Source: Lama guanicoe
Lineage: Eukaryota
DNA length: 64,000 bases
Reading direction: 5' to 3'
Assembly: GCA_013239625.1 (NCBI GenBank)
Contig: MU053559.1
Coordinates: forward strand, 1,905,205 to 1,969,204
This document shows, in pieces, positions 1 through 10,965 of this stretch; the first letter of the stretch is position 1; each line of letters starts with the position of its first letter. The position numbers were made by a program, and so were the translations under genes. A model generated the notes under the pieces. That model was not told where the DNA came from, ran no database searches, and saw only the letters and a list, made by a program, of their open reading frames with translations.

Positions 1-23
1 GTAAAGTAGGTAAGAAAAGCTAC

Positions 24-207
24 CTGTCTGTGAGGTTGTTTTTAACTGTGCTCCCTTCTAGTTCCTTGGGTTCTTTTGGCCTGGTTCCTGTGGGATTTGG
101 GAATTTGTGAAGAAACATGCTGGGGCTGGCTATTTGCTCTGGCCAGGTCCTTGTACTCTTGGCCTTGTCCTATGAGGAATGTGGAGGGCAGATTGAGGAC
201 TGTGACC
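24..207 (-). pseudogene. Pseudo-exon remnant, 184 nt
   Basis: Acceptor gagttttAG, donor CAG|GTAGCT; phase-2 start reads VTVLNLPSTFLIGQG...REHS*KQPHRQ. Confidence 0.4.
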
Positions 208-401
208 CTAAAACTCATGTCACTGAGAGCTGGATAACTCTGATCCAAGCCAAAAGCTTAGAAGGAAAAAAGGACTCTGAATGCTAGAATTCTGTCTTAA
301 GTTAAAATTGATCATCTTTCCACAACTGGAGAAATAATTGACATAAAACAGTCACATAAGTGTCTGTTGACTATCAAAATTGTTTCCTCCTTATCTATCA
401 C

Positions 402-555
402 GTTTTCAGAGAACTGGAAAATTCTACCATTCTGGACAGTATTGACCTTTGTGATAAAGAGATAAAAAGAGATGTGTCTAGAACGAGATCTCGAAGGGTT
501 TTCATGTCTTATGCCTCTTTTGAATTCAGAGCACCATATGTTTAAGGATGATTAG
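402..555 (-). pseudogene. Pseudo-exon remnant, 154 nt
   Basis: Strong acceptor ttttcaactttccccttgcAG, weak donor GTGATA; phase 1->2 fits both neighbours; two stops. Confidence 0.4.
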
Positions 556-679
556 CTGCAAGGGGAAAGTTGAAAACTTTGCTCCTTGCCCATCTCTATT
601 TCTGTCCTGTTTTGAACATGCTCTTAACTAGGGGTTCTTGGTACAACTAGGGGCAGAAAGCAGCTCTGCTCATTCTCAC

Positions 680-893
680 TTGTATTAATTAAGGCCTGTT
701 CAGCTTTTATACAGTTTTCATAACTGGGTTTTGGGACCGACATTAGCTGGTCTATTGTAGCAATTGTATGTATTAATTTTCTCTTCCAGCTTAATTTCAT
801 TTGCATTTTTTCCTCTCTCATGAGTATTCTTTCAGGATAACATCTCTAAAAACTCCTTCGATTCCCAGGTACCTTTGTGTGAATTCACTAAAC
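680..893 (-). pseudogene. Pseudo-exon remnant, 214 nt
   Basis: Acceptor aaacacAG, donor CAA|GTGAGA. Begins GL/SEFTQRYLGIEGVFRDVILKEY; the 3' half is open in the ORF-track frame 624-821. Confidence 0.5.
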
Positions 894-1089
894 CTGTGTT
901 TAACTCAACAAAACACTTCAGCTCATTTGTTTAACTATATGACAATAGCTTTTCTCTTTCTTAGTTAGAAATAATTCTCTTCTCATCGCTTTCATTTAGT
1001 ATCAAACTTTCTTATTTATTTCTGTGTTACTATGTAAGGGCCTAATTAATGACCCACACAAAGTTATTCATGGGAGTGAAGAAACTCAC

Positions 1090-1219
1090 CTCGTCTAAGA
1101 GATCTTTAGTGGAGGAAAATGTGCTGTCTTCCCCACAGGCAGTCATGGTTTGCACATATTGGTTTAAGTTCCCTCAGATCTAGTCTTCTTGTTTCATTTT
1201 AAATTTGAGTTTTTACAGT
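1090..1219 (-). pseudogene. Pseudo-exon remnant with decayed acceptor
   Basis: Strong donor GAG|GTGAGT; the putative acceptor reads tttaTAA instead of TAG. Remnants L*KLKFKMKQ and NHDCLWGRQ lie in different frames. Confidence 0.45.
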
Positions 1220-1492
1220 TTATAAACAATCATCGCAACTCACGCATACATAACACATTTGTATGTACCCACACAACACAAACCAGCTTATCTGGTTAAT
1301 GAGATTAAGCAACTGATGGTTAGGTTTTTCAAAGGTGAGTCAGTTGTCTGACAGTTAGTGGGGGAAAAAGCTATTATATGATCAGTTTGTTGCTCAAAGC
1401 GAGGCATGAGGGAGTGGGTTCCACAAGTCCACAGCAGCTATCCTGACTCTTGCTGATACATGTCACAGATTTCAGCAGAAGAAAACCTTTAC

Positions 1493-1684
1493 TCAAAGAC
1501 ACTGTGATAATGCCTCAAACAAACTGTGGAATGATGGTTCTGGGAACTAGAAATAGATATGTTCTCCTTGTAGTCATTTATTACTCTCACAGAAACAATA
1601 TATTCAGTAGTTAATTGAGTGCATAAATCCTTATTTGTGGAAGACAATATAAAGCAGTCTTTCAAAAGAAGCATTTTCAAAAAC
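1493..1684 (-). pseudogene. Pseudo-exon remnant, 192 nt
   Basis: Acceptor ttgaccttttAG, donor GA|GTAAAG. One frame is fully open (ORF track 1489-1680); another frame with stops carries HIYF*FPEPSF. Confidence 0.6.
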
Positions 1685-1821
1685 CTAAAAGGTCAACACT
1701 TGTAATAAAAGGGAGCAATGCTAAAATCCACTGCACATATTTTTGTAGATACTTGGCTTAACTATTGACATCTTGGACCACTAAATATAGAGAACAGTGT
1801 TATTGATTGAGATCATATTAA

Positions 1822-2050
1822 AATTTTTTTATTGAAGTATAGTTGATTTAGAATGTTGTGTTAGTTTTTGGTGTACAGCATAGTGATTCAGTTATACATA
1901 TATATATATTCTTTTTCATTATAAATTATTACAGGATATTGAATATAATTCCCTGTGCTATACAGTAGGACCTTGTTGTTTATCTCTTTTATATATATTA
2001 GTGTGTATCTGCTAATCCCAAATTCCCAATTTATCCCTTCCCCTGTTCCC
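1822..2050 (-). mobile_element. 5'-truncated L1 3' end (artiodactyl/camelid type)
   Basis: Poly-T then attgaagtatagttgattt...ccctgtgctatacagtagg; TSD tgattgagatcatatt (1804-1819) / tgattgagaccctatt (2051-2066). Confidence 0.9.
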
Positions 2051-2195
2051 TGATTGAGACCCTATTTACATTTTTATTATTAATTTCAACTAACATTTTA
2101 GAGGTAGTTCTCTTTAGTTTATCTTAATAATATTGCATATCAATAAGATACTAACAAGCTAACATTTCATGTTTGGGGCAACTTAATGCTCTTAC

Positions 2196-2253
2196 ACTTC
2201 CTTAACACGAAGCTATCTTCTGTTCATGTATTGACTGAATGGCAGATTATTAC
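2196..2253 (-). pseudogene. Pseudo-exon remnant, 58 nt, VIICHSVNT*TEDSFVLRK
   Basis: Acceptor tatttttaccAG, donor |GTAAGA; one in-frame TGA. Confidence 0.4.
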
Positions 2254-3438
2254 CTGGTAAAAATATTGTTACCTTTCTCAGTGCATTCAATCAACCAATG
2301 ATGCTTTCTGGGCATGTACTTTGGCGAGGCACAGGACCAGCCCAGGCATGTTAAAGAATACATACAGTTCAGAGTTTTTCCTGTGTCCTGCACCTGGAAC
2401 AGATCTTATTCTTTTCCATCTCCATTCTTCATTTGCTTCTGTCTTGTCCTCTTATAATGCCCTCTTCTCCATCTATCTAAATCTCGCCCATTCCCTTAGA
2501 CCTAGGTCAAATGTCTTCTTGGCATATCCTTTCCAAGCTACTTTCAGGGCTCAGTGATTTCCCCCTTCTCTAAATTCTCATGCAGTTAATTAATTCCCAG
2601 CACTATTTCTTCGACCATGGTATATTTTATTTCATTTGCCTAAATAGATAGGAAAGCTCTTGGGCAGGGTGAGCATGAATGAGTGAAAGGAACAATGTCC
2701 TATCTTTGTGTGCCTCATAATGACTTGCTCACAGTGCCTTGCCCCTGAGAAGTGATTTGAGAATTCAGCAAAGACAGGGATCCCTGGGGTAAGGTCAGAG
2801 AAGGATTCAAGGAGGTGAGATTTGGTCTGTACTTAGAAAAGTAGGTAAGATTTAAGTAAGGAGAGAAGGTGGAGATTGTATTTCAAAGGAATGTTGAGTG
2901 AAGGACAAATGTGAGTGAATTTGAGGACTCAGAGTGCATCAAACAGAAGTAGATCGTCTCGAAACTGTTGAAGCCTGCCAAAGAGATGGATGAGTTATGG
3001 AACATACTGGTGTACTGGCCTCCTGAAGCACGTAGTAGAGTATTTAACGGCAGAAAATGATGCTGAACAAATGATGCCCCATGCGGCTATTCTTATTGGC
3101 TGCTTCTCTCCTTATAAGACAGGCTCTGCTATATTTAACTTTCCTGGTATATCCTTTTTTTCTATCTCTTTTTTTCCACCCTGATTTAAAGGATTATTTA
3201 CTCAGACTATTAGGTAAGGGATTCAAAGTTCTCTTATTTCATCACAGAAAAAAATTAGAAATAGCCCTCTCATTAAGATTAAAAAGTCCTTTGACTGACA
3301 TATCCTAGAAGAGGTGTCAAGTCCTAGTTAGGGGTACATAGACAATAGCAGCAGTTATTTTCCAGTAAATTGGCTTTCCCATCCATTCCTACTGGGAGAG
3401 TAATGGTTTTGTAATCTGAAAGGAGTGCATGAAGTTGG

Positions 3439-3578
3439 TTTTTTTTTTTTTTGGGGGGGATTAGGTAATTAGATTTTTTTTAAATTTATTTTTTATTTTA
3501 ATGGAGGTGCTAGGGATTGAACCCAGGACCTCATGCATGCTAAACACACGCTCTACCACTGAGCTATACCCTTCCCCC
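3439..3578 (-). mobile_element. tRNA-Ala-derived camelid SINE (Vic-1-like)
   Basis: Reverse complement of ggggaagggtatagctcagtggtagag...gggttcaatccc with A/B boxes and an A-rich tail. Confidence 0.9.
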
Positions 3579-3733
3579 AAGAGCATAAAGTTTTAGTTTC
3601 ATCTTGTTTTGAGGATCATGATGAAGAAGGCTTATGGGCTTTTTGGGGATGTTGACATGAGGTCATGTAAGGTTAAGAGAAGCTGTGGTATCTGAGAAAT
3701 TAGAGGGTTATGAATCAATAATTTCCCACTCAC

Positions 3734-3804
3734 TAAGTTAAGGAAATTGCTATATAGATTTGGCAACATGAATTGAGCTATGAATTCATTCATCTCAGAA
3801 AAAT
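3734..3804 (-). pseudogene. Pseudo-exon remnant, 71 nt, (D)FSEMNEFIAQFMLPNLYSNFLNL
   Basis: Acceptor ttatttactttcAG, donor TTA|GTGAGT; a single open frame. Confidence 0.62.
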
Positions 3805-4027
3805 CTGAAAGTAAATAAGTATGAGTCTCATCCCTGTAGAGTAAAATTTTATTCAACTGGACACTACCCATGCAAATTTTTATTATACTTGAGAGTGAAA
3901 GGTTAAGCACTTAAGGGAATAAAAAGATATTAAATATTTTCAATTGCTTGTCATTAGAGATGTACAAATTACAAATATATATTTTCTCATCCTTGAAGCA
4001 GAGCCCCTAAAGATTTTTCCTACTCAC

Positions 4028-4206
4028 CACTTTGTTAATATAGCTGAATTACATGGAAATATATATAAAGGATGCTTCCAATGGTTATTTTCTTTAATCT
4101 GGTCTTATTAGTTTGTTCTAACCCTTCTTATCTTTATTCAAATATTGAAATATTAAATATAAGAGGCTAGAATTAATTTCACCAAATTCACAATTATGAT
4201 TTTTCT
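4028..4206 (-). pseudogene. Pseudo-exon remnant, 179 nt
   Basis: Strong acceptor ctcccccttttctttctccccAG and donor GTG|GTGAGT; all three frames contain stops. Confidence 0.6.
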
Positions 4207-4309
4207 CTGGGGAGAAAGAAAAGGGGGAGTGGAGATGTGCATCCAGCAGGTTTTGACATAGTGGCTTCTTTCGTCTTTATTCATAAACCTTTCATAATTC
4301 CAGGTTTTG

Positions 4310-4675
4310 CTTCCTCTTTAAATTGAGTCATTTAGTAGTTTAAAATTATTTATAGTTTCTTAGTGCATAGCTCCTTTTGACTATTCTTTCTTGTTAATGT
4401 CTAATTTGATTGCATGTTGTGAAAGAATGGGCCTGTATGATTTTGACCTTTTGGAACTTATTGAGGTTTTCTTTGCACTGTAAAGCGTGGTCTGCTTTAG
4501 TAATTGCTCCATTAGCTGGAAAGAGTAAGTACTCTATTTGTTGCAATCTAGATTCTATATAGTTTTGTTAAGTATGGCTTGTCTGCTGGGTTCAGGTTGT
4601 CCATATTCTGTGTATTTTAAGTCACTCAGTTTTGTCAGTATGGGAACAAGCATGTAAATTATCCACTAGGATTCA
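4310..4675 (-). mobile_element. Ancient L1 (L1M/L1ME) ORF2 fragment
   Basis: Degenerate antisense L1 endonuclease-region motifs (tgtatgattttgaccttttggaacttattgagg). Confidence 0.6.
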
Positions 4676-4800
4676 CTTCTTAGTTCAAAAAATATTTATC
4701 AAAGGCCTACCATGTGCCAAGCCCTGTTTTAGGTGCAGAGGATATAGCCGTTAATTGAAACGAAGACTGTGTTCTCATAAAACTCACCTTCTGGTTGGAG

Positions 4801-4906
4801 AAGACAGACAATAACTAAATAAACAAAACCAATCTATAATATTTCAAGTGGTAAGAAGACAGGCAATAAATAAACAAAACCAATCTATAGTATTTCAGGT
4901 GGTAAG
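4801..4906. repeat. Local tandem duplication, 2 x ~51-55 bp
   Basis: aagacag(a/g)caataa...aaacaaaaccaatctata(a/g)tatttca(a/g)gtggtaag occurs twice. Confidence 0.9.
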
Positions 4907-5031
4907 AAGTGGTAAGAAGAAAAATAGAGCAGATAAAAGGATAGTGAATGACAGGGATGTTGAAAGTAGGGGGTGGATGCGATTTTAGATAGGATGTGAG
5001 AGCAGGCCTCTCTGACAAGGTAACATTTGAA

Positions 5032-5193
5032 TAGGCTGGACTAGAGGAATGGGGAACAAACACAAAGAGCTGGGACTCGGGGTTCCAGAACGGAGTCCAA
5101 GACCAATTATGTCAAATACCAATAAAAAGTCCATGAAAATGATTTTACCTCATCTGTTTATACACAGCCTTGAACCTGCTCTTGGGGGCCCTG
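5032..5193. mobile_element. Probable hAT (Tip100-like) MITE inserted in L2
   Basis: Right end gggggccctg resembles a Tip100-type TIR; 8-bp flanks catttgaa / cacttgag; L2 is continuous across the insert. Confidence 0.5.
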
Positions 5194-5889
5194 CACTTGA
5201 GCAGAGACTTGAGTGAAGTGGGGGAGGGGGCAGGGCATGTGATTATCTGGAGGAAGGATGTTCTAAGCAGAGGAGATGGTCTGTGCAAAGGCTGAGATGA
5301 GAGTGTGCTTGTGAAATATCAGAGTGAGCCAGAGGGAGCTGTAGGTACCATGGTCAGGAAGGCCCTAAAGATCAAAGTCAAGTCACAGTAAAGCTTCAGA
5401 TTTGTGTTTTTCCAATTGTTTTCCTTGTATCAGTCAGTTTTTATTTATATTGTTCAGTTCTCTTAACTTTTTTGACCTGTACAAAGAGATTGAAGACTGA
5501 CATAGCTTCCTTGTAGACCATACTTTTATTAGTATAAAATATACTTTGTCTAATATCTTTTGACTGAAATTTAATTTTGTCCAATATTCCTATTGCTTAC
5601 ATTTTGATAGAATTTTTACGGTATATCTTCAACAATTCATTTATTTTAAAATATTTTTGACATTTGCCTCTTAAGATATCAAAAAACCTAGTATTTCTTT
5701 TTGTTTTAATAGAGGAATTTAAGCTTTTTTCACTTTTATTAAGATTGTTGACACATTTAGACTTTTTTCAGTCATCTTATTTTGGGTTTTCTATTTGCTA
5801 TACTACCCTGTTTCTTATTTTTTCTTTTGCTTATCTATGTAATATAATACCACTATAATCTGATGTCTGATTGCCTTTCTGGCCTCATA

Positions 5890-6295
5890 ACTAGTAACTC
5901 CTGCCTTGGCTCACTCTGTTCTAGATATACTAATTTTGTACAGATGTGGTCTCAGGGCCTTTGCACTGGCTGTTGCCTCTGTCTGGTATACTCTTCCTCC
6001 AGAAATCCATCTGGCTTACTCTGTCTCCTTCTTCACATCTTTATTCAAATATCACCTTTCACTGAGGCCTTTTTCTGACCACTATATTGCTAATTGCACT
6101 CCCAAGACTCTCTATATCATTCCTTGCTTTATTTCTCTCCATAGCACTTCTTACCATTTAACATATGATGAAGGCACAGATTTTTGATTTACTTTATTCA
6201 CTGCTGTATATTTAAGCCCAGCATAGTGCCTGGCATATATTCTCACACTTAGTAAATGTTTGTTAAATAAATGAATGATGATTGAATGAATGAAT
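5890..6295 (+). mobile_element. L2a 3' end
   Basis: ctcagggcctttgcactggctgttgcctctgtctgg ... agtgcctggcata ... taaatgtttgttaaataaatgaatga. Confidence 0.85.
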
Positions 6296-6404
6296 TTAGT
6301 TCAATAAGCATTTTTTAAAAACAGCAGCTAGATATTGATTGTGCTTGAAACTAGGGAAATAAGGTTTACTAATAAAGGCACAGTTTTTGCCTAAAGGACC
6401 TTAT

Positions 6405-6504
6405 TTTGTTGTTTTTTTAGTTTAATTTTTTAATGGAAGTATAGTTGATTCACAATGTTTCAGGTGTACAACAAAGTGATTCAGTTTTATATATATATAT
6501 ACAC

Positions 6505-6560
<56 letters not shown>

Positions 6561-7435
6561 TACATATACACACACATACTTTTTCAGATTCTTTTCCACT
6601 ACAGGTTATTATAAGATATTGAATATAGTTCCCTGTGCTATACAGTAAGTCCTTATCTGTTTTATATATAGTAATGTATATATATTAATCTCTAACTTCT
6701 AGTTTATTCCTCCCCTCTCTTCCCCCTTTGGTAACCATAAGTTTGTTTTCTATGTCTGTGTGTCTATTCTGTTTTGTAAGTAAGTTCATTTGTGTCATAT
6801 TTTTAGATTCCACATATAAGTGATATCATATATTTGTCTTTGTCTGACTTACTTCACTTAGGATGATAATCTCTAGGTCCATCCATGTTGCTGCAAATGG
6901 CATTATTTCATTCTTTTTTATGGCTGAGTAGTATTCCTTTGTATATATACACCACATCTTCGTTATCCAACGGTTCTGTTGATGGACATTTAGGTTGCTT
7001 CCATGTCTTGGCTATTGTAAATAGTGCTGCTATGAACATTGGGTGCATGTATCTTTTCAAATTAAGAGTTTTTCCAGATATATGCCCAGGAGTGGGATTG
7101 CTGGATCATAGGCTAACTCTAGTTTTAGCTTTTTAAGGAGCCTCCATACTGTCCTCCATAGTGACTGCACCAATTTACATTCCCACCAACAGTGTAGAAG
7201 GGTTCCCTTCTGTCCACACCCTCTCCAGCATTTATTGTTTGTGGACTTTTTGATGATGGCCATTCTGACTGATGTGAGGTGATACTTCATTGTAGCTTTG
7301 ATATGTATTTCTCTGATAATTAGCGATATTGAGTATCTTTTCATGTGCCTGATGGCCATCTGTGTGTCTTCACTGGAGAAATGTCTTTTTAAGTCTTTTG
7401 CCCATTTTTTGATTGGGTAATTTGTTTTTTTGTTT
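6405..7435 (-). mobile_element. 5'-truncated L1, ORF2 C-terminus and 3'UTR
   Basis: ORF 7057-7359 reads [26 protein letters not shown]...[11 protein letters not shown], the L1 ORF2 cysteine-rich domain. Confidence 0.95.
6488..6578. repeat. Compound (TA)n(CA)n microsatellite inside the L1 3'UTR
   Basis: Direct reading. Confidence 0.95.
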
Positions 7436-7629
7436 TGAAGAACAGAAAGTCTTTTTGATAATACACACCCTGACTCCAGCCAGTCACACCATACCCTTCA
7501 CCACACTTCCAGTGGGGCTAATTAGGGAGCTTGGCCTTCCACCTAACCCCCACCCTTGGCCCTGTGGAAGCAGGCAGTGACACTCCAGTATTTCTACCCA
7601 GTGGTGGTAAGGGGCCAAACCGATTCCAT

Positions 7630-7790
7630 TATGTAGGACCTTTTAGGTGATTGTAAATGCTGGGATTTTTACTCTGAGAAACCAGATGATGGTTTTGAGC
7701 AGCGAGTGACGTCATCTGACTTAATTTTAACAGTATCTGACTGGTGAGTTAAGGATAGACAAACAGGGCAGGGGCCGAAACAGGGTGTAT
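7630..7790 (-). mobile_element. L2 fragment
   Basis: ggatttttactctgag...ggttttgagcagcgagtgacgtcatctgactta. Confidence 0.65.
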
Positions 7791-7840
7791 TTTGTTGAAT
7801 CCCAGGACAACTCAGGTTGTCACGGCACATCTTATCATGT

Positions 7841-7948
7841 CATTTTGTGGTTAAGACAACTGAGACTCAGAGAGGTAAAGCAGCATTTTAAGGTCACACA
7901 GCTGGTATAGGACAGAGCTACATCTAGCACCCAGACCTTCAAACTTCT
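7841..7948 (-). mobile_element. MIR
   Basis: aactgagactcagagaggtaaag...aaggtcacacagctggt core. Confidence 0.8.
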
Positions 7949-8440
7949 GCTAAAGGAGTAGTGAAATTTACAGAATGTAATATCACTGCTGGAAGATTTT
8001 TGAAGAATCGCTGCTAAAATGCTGCTGAGTATTTGTGAAAATTACATCAGAAAGAGGGAATGGAGGAGAGCAGAGATTAAAAAAAAAGGGGAGGAGGAGG
8101 GGGAGGAGGAAGGATGCCAAATGTAGGCCTGCATTGTCTCGCTTCCACCATTAGATGGCAATTTTCTATTTACAGAGGAAATGGTGCCGCAGTTTCCTGG
8201 GCAGTTGACAGAAATGAAGGAATTACGAACTGAAACTAATGAATGAGTGGATCAAGTCTTTGAAAAGAACAAAATCCAATTGATCTGATACATGTGTGGG
8301 GCGGCAAGAGAGGGGAATTCGGGCTTTGAGAGAGGTGGTAGAATGAACAAAAAAAGTTGACAATCACAGCTGACAGCACAAATTAGAACATTGATTTTCC
8401 AACAGCAGGTCATCAAGAAAAGTAGTTCCTAAAATCAATT

Positions 8441-8654
8441 CAGTGCGGGGCAACTAGCAGTCTTTTAATTTGAAGGAACAGAATAAAAGAAAATTACAGA
8501 ATAGAAAATGTCAGAACACATTGCACACAGTAAGATCAGAATTAATTTCTGGATCTTGTCTGGGTTTATAAAAATAAATATTTATGTACTGAGACATGAT
8601 GCAAAATATATTAAAATTTTTTTTACCTGGTCAAAAAATTTTTGAAAGACATTG
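8441..8654. mobile_element. hAT-Charlie DNA element (MER119-like)
   Basis: atagaaaatgtcagaacacattgcacacagtaag...tcaaaaaatttttgaaagacattg. Confidence 0.65.
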
Positions 8655-8776
8655 GACTGGATGAAATGTAAATGAGCAGAAGATTACACCTACTTGAAAC
8701 ACGTATAATTTTGTGGAGGTGTTTCTCTTGGTTTTAAAACTGTTTTTCTTTTTTTCTTTTTTATAGTCTCAGGGTC

Positions 8777-9183
8777 TGTTATGGGCTGAATTTGTGTCCC
8801 CCACCCACACCAAATTCACACGTTGAAGGCCCAAACCCCAATACCTCAGAATGCGACTGTACTTGGAAATAGGGTCTTTAAGGAGGTAATTAAGTTAAAG
8901 TGAGGCCATTAGGGTGGGCCCTAATCCAATTTGACTGCTGTCGAAGAAAAATTTGAACACAAAAGGAGACACCAGGGATGTGCATGCCCAGAGAAAAGAC
9001 CATGTGAGGACTCAGGGGGAAGGCGGCTGTCTGTAAGCCAGCGAGAGAGGCCTCGGGAGAAACCAAAGCTACCGACATCTTGATCTTGGACTTCTAGCCT
9101 CCAGAACTGTGAGAAAATTACTGTCTGTTGTTGAGCCACCCAATTTGTGGCTTTTGCTATGGCAGCCTTGGCAAACTAACACA
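8777..9183 (+). mobile_element. MaLR solo LTR (MLT1B-like)
   Basis: TG...CA termini; tgttatgggctgaatttgtgtccc ... cttctagcctccagaactgtgagaaaat ... gcaaactaacaca. Confidence 0.92.
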
Positions 9184-9338
9184 GGGCTAGAGTCTGATGC
9201 TCTGTTTCTAGGACCCGGGACAAGAAGACACCTGGCCAATGGAATGTCCTGCTGTTTTCCAAATGAGACTTTCTGGGTTCAGTTCAGTTCTTCACAGAGG
9301 AAAGCACCTAAACTCTTATGCCACCTGCATACGCACCT

Positions 9339-9833
9339 TGTGAACGAAAATACTGCAATGTGAGTGAAAATACTGCAAACATATCAGTAAACAAAGACTA
9401 CTGGAACCATCAAGTCATCAGCAGCTGGCGCCACCCTCCAGGGAAGACAAGCCTGCAGCCCAGCCTCTGTAGCCACTCACAATGGTGCCCTCTGAGTGGA
9501 CTCAGAATAAGAAAGGACAGGATACTGGCCCTAGGTAGCTAGGTGCTTATCAAAGGAATGGATTCAGTGAGCCCAAATGTTTGCTTCCTCCTGTACATAG
9601 AAAAGCACTAAATTCTTTAACTTGAGATGCCTGGTTTTCTTTAGATAACAAGCAATCTTTTATTGTTCCAACTACCTGGTTTTTGTTGTAAAGTTCCTAT
9701 ATATCCTAGCTCCTCCCCTACGTCTTCAGAGCAGTCCCTCAGAGCCATCTGAGAGGCTGTCATCCCGGCTTGAGTCCTCCCACCAAATAAAACATAACTC
9801 AACTTTTAGGCTGCGCATTTATTTCAGTTGACA
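9339..9833 (+). mobile_element. ERV1-class solo LTR (family A)
   Basis: TG...CA termini, perfect 4-bp TSD acct (9335-9338 / 9834-9837), TATA-like cctatata and AATAAA; same family as 24385-24844. Confidence 0.9.
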
Positions 9834-9978
9834 ACCTGCATTCTCATAGCCCCTCCATCATTTTAATAAAGGCGTGATTTTCAGCTTAGTTAACCTCTCC
9901 AAGATTAAATCTCCTCATATGTAAAGTTGGATTAATTATACCTTTCCTGCAAGGTTGATATAAAGATTAAATGATACA

Positions 9979-10293
9979 CAGTTGGCTTTCCATAGCCACA
10001 GGTCCTGCACCTGCAGATTGAACCAATTGTGGATCAGAAATATTCGGAAAAAAATTCCAGAAAGTTCCAAAAAGCAAAACTTGAATTTTCCATGTGAAAA
10101 CGGCAACTATTTGCATAGCATTTACATTGTATTAGTACAAGTGATCTAGAGATGATACAAAGTATACAAGAAGATATGCATAAGCTATATGCAAATACTG
10201 CACCATATTATGTAAGGGACTTGAGTATTCACGGATTTTGGTATTCACAGGAGGTCTTGGAACCAATCCCCTGTGGATACCACAGGACGACTA
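9979..10293 (-). mobile_element. TcMar-Tigger MITE (MER2B-like) inserted in a MIR
   Basis: Termini cagttgg... / ...ggacgacta; internal aaagttccaaaaagcaaaacttgaattt and ggaaccaatcccctgtggatacc; MIR core at 9880-9975. Confidence 0.88.
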
Positions 10294-10460
10294 TAATTAT
10301 CTAGAGTTCCTAGCAGTTAATAAATCATTGTAGTTTTCCTTGTAGTTGTCATTGTAGTTGTTTTTATTAGTGTTATGTATTCATTTTGGGGCTGTTGTAG
10401 TTTCTGTCTTTCCTTCAAAAGTATATTGTCTTCTGGAACATCAACTAAAATGGTAAAGAG

Positions 10461-10620
10461 GGGGGAGGGTAGAGCTCAGTGGTAGAGTCCATGCTTAGCA
10501 TGCATGAGGTCCTGGGTTCAATCCCCAGTACCTCCATTAAAATAAGTAAATAAATAAACCTAATTATCTCCCCTCAAACAAAAATAAACAACAAAAAAAA
10601 CAAACAAAAAATAAATAAAT
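10461..10620 (+). mobile_element. Camelid tRNA-Ala SINE (Vic-1-like)
   Basis: gggggagggtagagctcagtggtagag...cctgggttcaatccccagtacctcca with A-rich tail; TSD aaaatg(g/a)taaagagg (10447-10461 / 10621-10635). Confidence 0.95.
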
Positions 10621-10965
10621 AAAATGATAAAGAGGTAGAAAGTGGGAATGAGAGAAGCTGAAAAGACCAAAATTATTTGATCCAATGTAGAAAAGTTTGG
10701 CTAGGGTAGAGGACTGGTTGTCACATGGTTGTGTGACACAGTACCAGTTTAAGAGATTAAGAGGTTAATTAGTAAATGGATCAGAGATTTTAAGAATAAT
10801 TTAAAACCCATATAAGTAATAGATGAAAACATGAATGGATTTCTTTTTTAAAATATTTTGAGATATTTGTGGATTCATGTACAGTTGTAGGAAATAATAC
10901 AGAGATCCTGTGTACCCTTTACCCAGTTTCCCCTAGTGATAACATCTTGCAAAAGCATGGTACAA

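Larger units (their letters stand above)
24..4206 (-). pseudogene. Decayed multi-exon (unprocessed) pseudogene, DUF4062/TEP1-like; probably continues left of the window
   Basis: Minus-strand exon-sized blocks bounded by acceptor/donor sites: 4028-4206, 3734-3804, ~3200-3415, 2196-2253, 1493-1684, 1090-1219, 680-893, 402-555, 24-207. They carry in-frame stops and frameshifts. Peptide remnants (DFSEMNEFIAQFMLPNL, HIYF*FPEPSF, L*KLKFKM, HDCLWG, GL/SEFTQR...VILKEY) follow the order of TEP1 DUF4062 motifs as recalled. Confidence 0.55.
4680..5400 (-). mobile_element. L2 3' region, interrupted
   Basis: ttcaaaaaatatttatcaaaggcctaccatgtgccaagc is the antisense L2 tail; L2 resumes at 5194 (gagcagagacttgag). 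Confidence 0.8.

Noticed and set aside
836..3213. Plus-strand micro-exons (836-868 DNISKNSFDSQ; 3192-3213 DYLLRLL)
   Set aside because: They are short, cannot be chained into a coherent ORF and overlap or abut a better-supported minus-strand exon series.
24..4206. Assigning the symbol TEP1, TTC41, NWD1/2 or NPHP3 to the decayed gene
   Set aside because: Similarity is motif-level only and judged from memory; identity is too low to name an ortholog without a search.
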